From Ferroplasma sp. (GTDB taxonomy: Archaea > Thermoplasmatota > Thermoplasmata > Thermoplasmatales > Thermoplasmataceae), in contig NZ_CP133597.1 of NCBI RefSeq assembly GCF_031200575.1, positions 1,732,571 through 1,796,570 on the forward strand: a DNA stretch of 64,000 nucleotides, in the 5' to 3' direction. Below are positions 19,161 to 28,895 of this stretch, piece by piece (the first letter of the stretch is position 1; every line of letters starts with the position of its first letter). Below the pieces are notes generated by a model. That model saw only the letters and a program-made list of their open reading frames with translations. It did no database searches and was not told where the DNA came from. A program made the translations under genes and the position numbers.

Positions 19161-20699
19161 GTGGAGTTTGAAAGTATAATTTACAGGGGCAATGTGGCAA
19201 AAACCGTAATGGAAAGGGAAAAAGATATTTTTAGGGATCTGGCCCTGGATGAAATTTTTGCCGCAATAAATGGACACGTACATGATAATGAAAGTGAATC
19301 TTTGCTTTACATGCCCCTGAAATCTGAACAGGATATAAAATACAGGCAGGAAGTGTTTCAGGATCTGAAGGAGATAGACATAAGCAGGGGAATAGAGTCT
19401 TTCTCCAGGGATGCAGAAATACTGCGATATAATATGAAAAAATTGAAGGAAGTAGATTCAGTGCAGAGAAATAGGATATTTCTTGATTCCGCATATCTGT
19501 ATTGCAATTCTATTATTTCCCTTCTTAATTGCCTTGACAGTAATACCGTAAAATCCCGTGGACTGAATGACTTAAGAGATTACCTTAAATCATACAGTAA
19601 ATCTGAAGAATTCAGAACGCTGGCATCTGAATCAAAAGGAGTGGAAAGTGCGATGGAGTCCCTAAGGTATATGATTACAATAAAGGGCACAAGGATAACT
19701 GTCAGGAGAAGCATTGAATCAGAGGATTTTGGTGCCGAGATAGTAAAATACTTTGACCATTTTCTTGATGGTGAACAGCTGGAATTGAAGGAATATTATT
19801 CATACAGCACCGGCCATATGGAGGCATCATTGGTTGAAATGGCATCAAGGCTTTACCCAGATCAGTTCTTGCAGATGGAATCGTTCTATGAGAAACACCA
19901 GAATTTCATCAATCCGGTAATCGAAAGGCTTATGCGTGAGATAAAATTTTATACAGCATACATAATTTACATGAAACGTTTCATTGACAGCGGATTGGAT
20001 TTTTGCATCCCAGAAATTGTATCCTCCGGTGATGTTTTTTATTCAAGGGATTCCTATGACCTCGCACTTGCAGGTAAACTTCTTGATAGGGGAATATTAC
20101 CTGTGACAAACGGCTTTTGCCTTAAAGGTGGATCAAAAATTATACTTGTGACAGGGCCTAACAATGGGGGAAAGACCACTTTTGCCAGAACCTTTGGGCA
20201 GATACACTATCTTGCATCTCTTGGCTTTCCAGTGCCAGGAAGCAGTGCAAGGCTCCAGGCCCCGGACAAAATATATACACATTTTGAAAGGGCAGAGACC
20301 ATTGAAAATCCAGTTGGCAGGCTCGAGGAGGAGTTGAGGAGGATCCATACAATAGTTGAAAGTGCAACGTGCAGAAGCATTGTAATTATAAATGAAATGC
20401 TTAGTTCAGCGACTTTAAGAGATGGAATAGAGATAGGAAAGAAAATTATTGAAAAAATAAAGGAAATCGGGTGCATTGCGGTTTACGTTACATTCATCCA
20501 TGAACTTGCTTCAATAGAGGGAATAGAAAGCTATGTTGCACAGGTTGATAATAAAGACCCTGGAAAAAGAACGTATAAAATCATTGAACAGGCATCAAAC
20601 GGGATGGCCTATGCACATGCACTGGCTGAAAAATACAGGCTGTCCTACGAAGACTTAAGAAGGAGGATTAGCAATGAAAACATATCTGAGCAGCATTAA
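19161..20699 (+). CDS. MutS-core/domain V ABC-ATPase paralogue A (no mismatch-binding or nuclease domain)
   Basis: Walker A VTGPNNGGKTTF, GRLEEEL (MutS STFxxE position), Walker B IVIINEMLSSAT (Asn-Glu), TFIHELA (MutS THxxEL position). Helical N-terminal region with YRQEVFQDL. GTG start; an alternative ATG lies about 48 nt downstream. Confidence 0.75.
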   Translation: MEFESIIYRGNVAKTVMEREKDIFRDLALDEIFAAINGHVHDNESESLLYMPLKSEQDIKYRQEVFQDLKEIDISRGIESFSRDAEILRYNMKKLKEVDSVQRNRIFLDSAYLYCNSIISLLNCLDSNTVKSRGLNDLRDYLKSYSKSEEFRTLASESKGVESAMESLRYMITIKGTRITVRRSIESEDFGAEIVKYFDHFLDGEQLELKEYYSYSTGHMEASLVEMASRLYPDQFLQMESFYEKHQNFINPVIERLMREIKFYTAYIIYMKRFIDSGLDFCIPEIVSSGDVFYSRDSYDLALAGKLLDRGILPVTNGFCLKGGSKIILVTGPNNGGKTTFARTFGQIHYLASLGFPVPGSSARLQAPDKIYTHFERAETIENPVGRLEEELRRIHTIVESATCRSIVIINEMLSSATLRDGIEIGKKIIEKIKEIGCIAVYVTFIHELASIEGIESYVAQVDNKDPGKRTYKIIEQASNGMAYAHALAEKYRLSYEDLRRRISNENISEQH

Positions 20700-22191
20700 T
20701 GGAAAGAGGAGGGTCAATGATCTGAAATGGAACTCCGATGCACTTATAAATGACCTTGGATTGAAACCAGTATTCAGCGCAATGTCAGAAGGCAATAATT
20801 TTCTTACGAAAAATTCCATGGAGTTTGTTCTAACCGGATGTAATTCCATAGAAGAAATACTCTACAGGCAGGAAATATTGAGGGATTTTATTGCCAACAG
20901 GGGACTTGCCGGGGAGTTATATAGAAATGCCGTGGAATTTACAGAGTACGCAAAGAAGCAGATCTTCTGGTTCAGCAACAATGAGTCGCTTTCAATAGAA
21001 GTATCGGTTGATATACTCCGTAAATTTATTATCCATGCGTCAAGGTTAAGGGCAGTGCTCTCTGAATCCAAGAACAGTTTCAATTCAATAGGGCTGAAGA
21101 AATTCTACAGTGTAATCTCTCAGGACTTCGGGCCGGAGTATCTTGATAGGGCACTGGAATACTTAGAAAAATTGAATTTTCATGATGGTGTGACTCTGAG
21201 CATGGCACTGGGGCCAGGAAATTCCGGAAGGGATTATATTCTGCATGAGCCCGATAATTCCATATCAGTGAAGAAAACCATGAAGGGTGTGCTGGAAAGG
21301 CATTTCACATACACGCTGCATGAGAGGGACATTGGAGGGGCAGAAGAAATTAAGGGTATAAAAAGCCGCGGAATGGGAAAGGTTGCCGCAGTACTTAGAA
21401 TTGCTGCAAAAAATGTAATGGAATTTTATGATGACATAAAAAGAGAGGCAGGATTTTATCTTGCGGCAATTAATCTGATGGAAAATATTGAAAAAAGAAA
21501 AGCTAAAATATGCTTTCCAGAACCATGCCATAATAAGTGCATGTCCTTTACTGGCCTGTATGACCTGGGCTTGCTTCTGAGCACTGGAGCTGCAGTCGTG
21601 CCCAATAATATGGAATCATTGGATACAGGATTATTCATAATCACGGGAACTAACCGTGGTGGGAAGTCAACATTCCTGAGAAGCATCGGGCAGGCACAGA
21701 TACTCATGCAGGCCGGTATTTTCGTACCATCTGAATATTACGGGGCTAATATAGTTTCTGGGATTTATACCCATTTCAAAAGCGGGGAGGACAGAAACCT
21801 GAACAGGGGGAAATTTGAGGATGAGCTTTCAAAGATGGATGAAATAGTGAAGCATCTGACCAGGAATGGCATGGTGCTTTTCAATGAGTCTTTCTCCTCA
21901 ACGAATACCAGGGAGGGATCTGAAATAGCCCTGGATATCACAAGGGCACTTCTTGAAAATGGCATAATGGTATTTTTTGTATCGCATTTATATGAATTTG
22001 CATCTGCAGTTGCCAGTGACATTAGGGAAAAATCTTTATTTCTTGTTGCCGAAAGGACAGAAGATGGAAAACATACGTACAGGATAATTCGGGGCAAGCC
22101 CCAGGAAACAGGCCATGGAATGGACCTTTACAGGAAAATTTTTGTGGAACAGAATGCAAACACAGGCAATTTACAGGGCCGAAATGAGTGA
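20674..22191 (+). CDS. MutS-core/domain V ABC-ATPase paralogue B
   Basis: Walker A ITGTNRGGKSTF, GKFEDEL, Walker B MVLFNESFSSTN (Asn-Glu), SHLYEFA, N-terminal YRQEILRDF. The ATG is preceded by GGAGG and overlaps the end of paralogue A by 26 nt. Confidence 0.75.
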   Translation: MKTYLSSINGKRRVNDLKWNSDALINDLGLKPVFSAMSEGNNFLTKNSMEFVLTGCNSIEEILYRQEILRDFIANRGLAGELYRNAVEFTEYAKKQIFWFSNNESLSIEVSVDILRKFIIHASRLRAVLSESKNSFNSIGLKKFYSVISQDFGPEYLDRALEYLEKLNFHDGVTLSMALGPGNSGRDYILHEPDNSISVKKTMKGVLERHFTYTLHERDIGGAEEIKGIKSRGMGKVAAVLRIAAKNVMEFYDDIKREAGFYLAAINLMENIEKRKAKICFPEPCHNKCMSFTGLYDLGLLLSTGAAVVPNNMESLDTGLFIITGTNRGGKSTFLRSIGQAQILMQAGIFVPSEYYGANIVSGIYTHFKSGEDRNLNRGKFEDELSKMDEIVKHLTRNGMVLFNESFSSTNTREGSEIALDITRALLENGIMVFFVSHLYEFASAVASDIREKSLFLVAERTEDGKHTYRIIRGKPQETGHGMDLYRKIFVEQNANTGNLQGRNE

Positions 22192-22266
22192 TGAGGAAAC
22201 ACAATTAATTCTGTAGCAGCCGTAAAAATTAAGATAAATATTTTAAATAATTAATAATACACCCCT

Positions 22267-22806
22267 ATGTTACTTCCAAAGAAGATATTTTTCACCAGGG
22301 GCATAGGTCGCGGAGAGACACAGCTGCAATCATTCGAAAATGCATTGAGAGATGCTGACATCGCTGCATATAACCTGGTCAGTGTCAGTTCAATCCTTCC
22401 GCCATATGCTGAAATAGTCGATAAATCTGAGGGCATAAAGCTCCTTTCCTACGGCCAGATTTTATTTACAGTACTTGCAAGGAATTCATCCAATGAGCTT
22501 AACAGGATGATATCTTCTGCTATCGGCGTGGCAGTGCCATCTGACAGGAGCAAATGGGGGTACTTAAGTGAGCACCATACATTCGGCCAGACGGAAAACG
22601 ATTCTGGGCATTTTGCTGAAAAACTTGCTGCTGAAATGCTGGCAAGCACAATGGGGCTGGATGACCATCTCAAATGGGAAGAAAGGAAAAATGAGTATGT
22701 TCTGGATGATAAGATACTTACAACAAAAAATATCGCAGCGACGACAGTGGTGCTGAAGCCCGATGAATGGGCAACAGTCATAGCCGCTGCAGTCCTAGTG
22801 GTTTAG
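22267..22806 (+). CDS. pdaD: pyruvoyl-dependent arginine decarboxylase
   Basis: [39 protein letters not shown], including the VSS self-cleavage site region. Confidence 0.9.
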   Translation: MLLPKKIFFTRGIGRGETQLQSFENALRDADIAAYNLVSVSSILPPYAEIVDKSEGIKLLSYGQILFTVLARNSSNELNRMISSAIGVAVPSDRSKWGYLSEHHTFGQTENDSGHFAEKLAAEMLASTMGLDDHLKWEERKNEYVLDDKILTTKNIAATTVVLKPDEWATVIAAAVLVV

Positions 22807-25515
22807 ATGGAACGAAGCATAGAGGAAAAATGGCGTGACCGCTGGGCAGAAAGCCATATTTTCGAGCCGGTTGCAGACAGCACAAGGGAGAAATTTTTTG
22901 TAACTGTGCCCTGGCCATATACAAATGGCTCACTGCATGTGGGCCATGGGAGAACGTATACGCTGGGAGACATAGTTGCACGCTACAAAAGGCTAACTGG
23001 TTACAATGTCCTCTTTCCCATGGGATTCCATGAAAGTGGGACGCCAATCCTGGCATTCTCGGAGAGGTTGAGAAATGGTGATAAGGATACCATTAGGCTT
23101 TACAGAAGTTATCTATCCGAATATGAAAAACCGGAGGACATAGATGGAATACTGGCATCATTCAGGGAGCCACAGAATATAGCAGATTACTTTTCCAGGG
23201 TAATAATAAAGGATTTCATGGACCTCGGTTATTCCATAGACTGGAGCAGGAAGTTTACATCCGCTGATCCATTTTACCAGGAAGTTGTAAAGTGGCAGTT
23301 CAACCAGCTGAATGGGATGGGACTTATTAAAAGAGGGAGCTACCCCATACTTTACAGCATGAAGGATGAAAATGCAGTTGGGGAGGATGATATCAAGGAT
23401 GGTGATACTGACAAGGTAAGCATCGAAGAATTTACCGGTGTACTGTTCAGGGGTGAAAAATATTCCCTTATGGCGGCATCCCTGAGACCTGAAACAATAT
23501 TCGGTGTAACAAATCTATGGATAAGCCCATCTGCAGAATATGGAATGGTCAGGTACCGTGAAGAGAATGTAGTGATGTCCAGCAGTGGATGCAAAAAATT
23601 CTCGATGCAGCATGAGGATGTTCAGTACGTTAGGGATATCTCCTCTGATGAGATAGCAGCATCTGAATTCCAGGTACCATTCAGCAGTGAAAAGGTCGGG
23701 GTTTTAAAGGCCGAATTTGTTGACCCGGATAATGGAACCGGCATTGTGTATTCTGTGCCAGGGCACTCTATTTTTGATTATATTTACTACAGGAAGGAGG
23801 GCATAAAGAATAACTTAAAGAAAGTTGTGAAAGTTGATAGGAACGTATCAGTAGAATCACTGGTTCAAAAGTATGACCTTGAAAATAACAGTGAAAGGCT
23901 CAAGGATGCAACACAGGAACTTTATAAGGAAGAGTTTTACAACGGTACATTAATCAATTCCGGCAAATACAGTGGCATGTCTGTTGAAGCCGGAAGGGAG
24001 GCAATAAGGAAGGAAATGCTGGAAAGAAACATTGCATACATATTTTATGAGACGACAAGAAAGGCAGTAACAAGGTCAGGATCAGAAGTTATAGTTGCAG
24101 TGCTAAATGACCAATGGTTTATTGATTATTCCCCAGAATGGCTAAAAGAAAAAGCACACCTACTTGTAAATTCAATGAAATTCTATCCTGAACTTTACAG
24201 AAAGCTGATGAACGATGCTGTTGACTGGCTAAAGGAAAGGCCATGCGCCAGAAGAAGAGGCATAGGAACCAGGCTACCCTTTGATGAAAGATGGGTTATA
24301 GAATCGCTTTCAGATTCCACAATATACATGCTCGCCTATACCAATAAAACTGAGCTCGAAAATATATACGCACATCTTAAAAAAATTCCCTACGGGATAC
24401 TTGATTATATACTTCTGGGTAAGGAAGTAACAGAAGAATACGATGAATATACCATGGAGAATGCAAGAAAAGCCAGGGATGAATTCAGATACTGGTACGG
24501 CAACGATTTGAGGATAACAGCACCGCCACACATATCTAACCACCTGGCCTTCTATATAATGAATCATGCAGCCATTTTCAAGGGGAAGGAGCTACCTGGG
24601 GGACTGATGATATCGGGACTCGTCATATCAAATGGTGCTAAGATATCAAAAAGCAAGGGAAATGTAATATCTCTCCTGGAGATAATAAATCATTATTCTG
24701 CCGATATATACAGACTTTTCATGGCAGCAGGGGCCGATATTTCATCACTTCTTGACTGGAATGAAAAAGATCTTTCTTCTGTAATAAAAAGGTATTCATA
24801 TTTTACTGACATTCTTGATGCCTATTCTCCAGGAGATGATGATGGTAATTATATTTATTCATGGTTCAAATCCGCATTTTACAGGAATTTAAAAACATAT
24901 ATTGCTGACATGGAGTCAATGAACATTAGAGATTCATATATAGCGATATTTTACAATGTCATGAACGATCTCAAGAATGTTGAAAACCACGGAGGCAATA
25001 TCAATACTGCCATGAAACCTGTCCTTGCGGACTGGTTAAAAGCCCTTTCTCCAATAATACCCTTCGCCGCTGAAGAGTACTGGCACAGGCATATAGACAA
25101 CAATAGTTTTGTCAGTGCGCAGAGGCTGGATATGAACATAGATGACAGAATAGATTACAGTGTTTTAAAATCTGAAAACTATCTTAACAGAGTAATATCA
25201 GACATAAGGGAAATCCTCAAAATTATTCATATTGATGCTAAAAAGGCTACTATCACAGTTTATGGGCAGAAACAGAAAATATTCCTTGAGGAGTATCCTA
25301 ATGGAAATCTGGATAGAGAATACCGCACCATGATAGGCGATTACATGAAAAACAAAAACAGGATTGATATAGAGATGATTGATGAATACAATATAATAGA
25401 GGCAAATAGAAAATACCTCGAGTCTTCACTCAAGCTTGATATTACTGTCGTAAAATCTGACAGCATACAGAAGAAAAACCCATGGCCTGGGAGGCCCCTC
25501 ATAGAGATCAGCTAA
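22807..25515 (+). CDS. leuS: leucyl-tRNA synthetase (archaeal type)
   Basis: HIGH-type motif HVGHGRTY, KMSKS-type motif KISKSKGN, and a 902-aa class Ia architecture with an editing insertion. The start directly abuts the pdaD stop (TAGATG). Confidence 0.95.
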   Translation: MERSIEEKWRDRWAESHIFEPVADSTREKFFVTVPWPYTNGSLHVGHGRTYTLGDIVARYKRLTGYNVLFPMGFHESGTPILAFSERLRNGDKDTIRLYRSYLSEYEKPEDIDGILASFREPQNIADYFSRVIIKDFMDLGYSIDWSRKFTSADPFYQEVVKWQFNQLNGMGLIKRGSYPILYSMKDENAVGEDDIKDGDTDKVSIEEFTGVLFRGEKYSLMAASLRPETIFGVTNLWISPSAEYGMVRYREENVVMSSSGCKKFSMQHEDVQYVRDISSDEIAASEFQVPFSSEKVGVLKAEFVDPDNGTGIVYSVPGHSIFDYIYYRKEGIKNNLKKVVKVDRNVSVESLVQKYDLENNSERLKDATQELYKEEFYNGTLINSGKYSGMSVEAGREAIRKEMLERNIAYIFYETTRKAVTRSGSEVIVAVLNDQWFIDYSPEWLKEKAHLLVNSMKFYPELYRKLMNDAVDWLKERPCARRRGIGTRLPFDERWVIESLSDSTIYMLAYTNKTELENIYAHLKKIPYGILDYILLGKEVTEEYDEYTMENARKARDEFRYWYGNDLRITAPPHISNHLAFYIMNHAAIFKGKELPGGLMISGLVISNGAKISKSKGNVISLLEIINHYSADIYRLFMAAGADISSLLDWNEKDLSSVIKRYSYFTDILDAYSPGDDDGNYIYSWFKSAFYRNLKTYIADMESMNIRDSYIAIFYNVMNDLKNVENHGGNINTAMKPVLADWLKALSPIIPFAAEEYWHRHIDNNSFVSAQRLDMNIDDRIDYSVLKSENYLNRVISDIREILKIIHIDAKKATITVYGQKQKIFLEEYPNGNLDREYRTMIGDYMKNKNRIDIEMIDEYNIIEANRKYLESSLKLDITVVKSDSIQKKNPWPGRPLIEIS

Positions 25516-25932
25516 TCAGATATCGAATACAACAATGGCAAACCCATGTTCCGGGTTAACCTTGAGATCATAGTATGTGGCTGCCTTTATAACATTTCTG
25601 TACTCTGCATTATCTGGAATGCTGGACCCAAATATGCCGCCTTGAAGTCGGTTTTCTGTAAAATCTAATTTTGAACTGAAATATATAACATTCTCATATT
25701 CCATATAAAATAGGATGTCATTGAGTAAATTCACCAGTATGTTGTCAGGAGTATTTTTTTCAATTTCAATGGTCTTATTAAAATCAGGTCTCAGAAGCTT
25801 TCTATCCACTATTAAATCTGAGATTGTTATTACAGAATTCTGAAAAATTGCAGTATAGGAATTTCCATATATTTTAACCTTAAGATCTGCAGTATGATCC
25901 AGTATATCATAAATCATAACATAGAATAACAA
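25516..25932 (-). CDS. archease
   Basis: The DHTADLKVKIYG N-terminal motif and its length of about 140 aa. Confidence 0.8.
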   Translation of the reverse strand: MLFYVMIYDILDHTADLKVKIYGNSYTAIFQNSVITISDLIVDRKLLRPDFNKTIEIEKNTPDNILVNLLNDILFYMEYENVIYFSSKLDFTENRLQGGIFGSSIPDNAEYRNVIKAATYYDLKVNPEHGFAIVVFDI

Positions 25933-25968
25933 ATAAATATAAAATACAATACTAAAAAATTATAGGAT

Positions 25969-27795
25969 TTATTGATCCGGGTTTACGGATGAAATCATTG
26001 GGATTTCGTCCTTGTCCAGGTCAAGTCCTATTTCCTTGGAGGTAAGATTTCTTCCAAGGCTTCTCTCATAGAATCTTATGATTCTCTTCTTTTCCTCCAC
26101 GGTGTATTTCCTGAAATATTTGTCCTTTTTCAGGTCAAATCCGGTTTTCTCCTCATACACATTTGCAGGTATAGAATACTTTCTCTGTGTTGAATCCCTG
26201 TAAAGCTCCGGTATCACATTGAATGCACAGAAAGGTATTACCCTTCCATCTGGCATCGCATAGTGTATATCGCATCTCTCCACACGGTCCACATCGTATG
26301 TATACGGATCCTGGAAATGCATGAACCCTACAAACAGAGACTTGTAATGGAAAGCTTTCAGTCCGTGGTAATCTCCCTCTGTGAATGCATTATATACCAT
26401 ATCTTTCAGCTTGAATCCCTCAGGTGCCTTGCTGTAATCCACGAATTTCTTCAGGTGTAACAGAAGTTTTGTAACGGATTCTACCTTCTTTGGTGCCTGC
26501 CATTTTGCGTATTTTATGTCGTCTCCAAGCTCTGAGAGGTATTCAAACATTCCCTTGACATCAACAAACCTTGTTACAGGTATGATCTTGTCATTATCAA
26601 CGAATATGTATGTTCCCATTCCACATGCAAAGTGTATGGATAATTTGTATGTTGGATGGCCTTTAAGTGCAGCCACGAAGTTGGATACATCTGTTGTTGC
26701 CGGCACGGTAAAGAAGTCCTCCCTTCCTATTGCACCATCAAGCTGCTGCTCGATCTTCTTTATTGCTCCAGGGATTGTTATTCTCTGCCTTGCCCTTGCA
26801 CGGTCTGACATCCTTCCCACAAGGCTTACTGGCTGGAAATTGAGTCCCCTTACAACGTCCATATTGGATTTTGCAAACTTTATCATATCTCCAAGGTACA
26901 TATCGTTTATCCCACCTATAACAGTGGGCACAAGTACAACACCCATTGGTGCCTGCTTGTAATGCTCCAGTGCCATGGGTATTTCCCAGAAGTTCTTGGG
27001 GTTTGATCTTGGTGTCGGCCCATCAAAACTTGTATAAACAACGTTAGATCCTGCATCCCTTGCCCTCTTGACAAAGTCAGGGTCATATGCTGCCCTTACA
27101 CTGTTCGTGTTCATCTGGACGTGTTCATAGCCTTCTTCCCTTGCGATTCTTATTACATCTATAATATCATCCCTAAGGGTTGGCTCTCCACCTGTTATCT
27201 GCACTGCGTTGGCTCCAACTGGTTTCTCGTTTCTCATTCTTCTGAGCATTAATCTTATCTGATCCAGAGACGGCTCATATATGGGCTCGTTTTCCTTTGC
27301 ATAGAAGAAGCAGTACCAGCATGATAGATCGCACCTGTTGGTTATAACAACGTTTCCAAGTCCTGTATGGGATTTGTGCTTTACACAGAGACCACAGTGA
27401 GTGGGGCATACAATTTTATCTGCATATACTGCAACATTGGGATTTAATATTTTTGTGCCTTCCTTGTCCTGGAATTTTTTTGCCTCCTCATACATATCGT
27501 AGTCTTCCCAGTACTTTTCCTTTGTTATACCATGTTCAGCGCATTCTTTGATAAGGTCAACTTCTCCCCCTTCCTCATACACGATTGCGGGAATTCTCAT
27601 CTGATCGAATTTCTCCTCATCTGCACATAGTGGGCATAAGCTTTCTGTTACTCTTAAAACAAGCATATCGTCTGTAATTAAATGGCCCATACTTTTCAAG
27701 AATTCATCTACAGTCTTGAAAGGCGCGTTTCTACTTATCTCAAAGTCATTCGCCAGTCTGACCTCGGATTTATTTCTTTCTTCTGTCAATACCAT
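25969..27795 (-). CDS. radical SAM enzyme, large multi-cluster type; possibly tetraether lipid synthase (Tes/GDGT-MAS) family
   Basis: Canonical CDLSCWYC (CxxxCxxC) followed by ITGGEPTLR, an extra CPTHCGLC motif just upstream, an N-terminal CPLC pair and a long C-terminal domain. The radical-SAM call is firm; the Tes assignment is from memory of family architecture only. Confidence 0.5.
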   Translation of the reverse strand: MVLTEERNKSEVRLANDFEISRNAPFKTVDEFLKSMGHLITDDMLVLRVTESLCPLCADEEKFDQMRIPAIVYEEGGEVDLIKECAEHGITKEKYWEDYDMYEEAKKFQDKEGTKILNPNVAVYADKIVCPTHCGLCVKHKSHTGLGNVVITNRCDLSCWYCFFYAKENEPIYEPSLDQIRLMLRRMRNEKPVGANAVQITGGEPTLRDDIIDVIRIAREEGYEHVQMNTNSVRAAYDPDFVKRARDAGSNVVYTSFDGPTPRSNPKNFWEIPMALEHYKQAPMGVVLVPTVIGGINDMYLGDMIKFAKSNMDVVRGLNFQPVSLVGRMSDRARARQRITIPGAIKKIEQQLDGAIGREDFFTVPATTDVSNFVAALKGHPTYKLSIHFACGMGTYIFVDNDKIIPVTRFVDVKGMFEYLSELGDDIKYAKWQAPKKVESVTKLLLHLKKFVDYSKAPEGFKLKDMVYNAFTEGDYHGLKAFHYKSLFVGFMHFQDPYTYDVDRVERCDIHYAMPDGRVIPFCAFNVIPELYRDSTQRKYSIPANVYEEKTGFDLKKDKYFRKYTVEEKKRIIRFYERSLGRNLTSKEIGLDLDKDEIPMISSVNPDQ

Positions 27796-27990
27796 CTTAA
27801 TTCACCTAATTAACTAATCATGTTAAGCATATAGAATAATATATATGTTTTGTCTTTTTTCTTGCTAATAATGCAAAACACTAATTAGTGGTAATAATTA
27901 CAAAATATGCCTTTATATATAAGAAAAACAAATATTCAGGGTTGTTTTATCTTACAGGACTAATTTATACAGAAAATTTATAATGTAAAA

Positions 27991-28821
27991 TTAATATTTT
28001 TTATTCTGTATTTTGATTTCCTTTAATAACTGATTGTACATATAATCTATATTAGAGGCTGTATGGACAGTTATACCTTTATCGGACAGATAATTTTTAA
28101 GCTGTTCCCTGGATATTATATCATTTGAATTTCCTATTTTTTCCTTGATTACAGCAGGAATTAATTTCATCAGTTTCTGCCTTTCAACAGATTTCATATT
28201 TTTTTCTATCTTTTTGCGGGCTTCCCTGTTAACACGATCGATTTTCAGCTTTAATTCCTGGTCAATTGGAAAATCAAAGTTTATTCCCTTATCCATCCAG
28301 AAGTTTTTTATGTTGCTGTCTATTTCACCATTTTCTAAGTCCATAACCTCATTGTCAAAATACTGTAACATATCCTGTATAAGTGAGTCTATGGATTTCT
28401 CATTCACCTCCCTGGTGAGGGGCAGAACCTTCTTATCATCGTTCTCTTCCAGTAGATCATCGATATTGAAAGTATTTAATTCAGAGAACCAGTCTGCTTC
28501 CTCATGATATTTGTAACCCACATCGTTTGATATATACATAATATCAATTTCTGCAATCTTTCCCCGGTACTTCTTGCAATCTATGGAAGAGCAATCCATA
28601 TCCTCATCTTCAAATCTTTTTATGGAAATCACAATGGATTTAATTCCGCTTTCCTCTGCATTCCTCAGGAATTTTGCGGCTCCCCCCATGCGTTTATCCC
28701 ACTCAAAGCTTATCACTATATCCACATCTGTGGAATAATATATAGAAATGTCATTCCTTTTGGAATATTTTACAATGCTGTCCCACAGTAATTCCATTTT
28801 GTCTTTCATATTAGACCACAA
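27991..28821 (-). CDS. hypothetical protein (acidic, coiled-coil-rich C-terminal half)
   Basis: 276-aa ORF with no recognisable catalytic motif. Confidence 0.45.
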   Translation of the reverse strand: MWSNMKDKMELLWDSIVKYSKRNDISIYYSTDVDIVISFEWDKRMGGAAKFLRNAEESGIKSIVISIKRFEDEDMDCSSIDCKKYRGKIAEIDIMYISNDVGYKYHEEADWFSELNTFNIDDLLEENDDKKVLPLTREVNEKSIDSLIQDMLQYFDNEVMDLENGEIDSNIKNFWMDKGINFDFPIDQELKLKIDRVNREARKKIEKNMKSVERQKLMKLIPAVIKEKIGNSNDIISREQLKNYLSDKGITVHTASNIDYMYNQLLKEIKIQNKKY

Positions 28822-28895
28822 TACAGATAATTAAGATAAAACTCATATAAAAGGATTTTTAATATTATTTTTTATGCCATTAAATATATAATATT

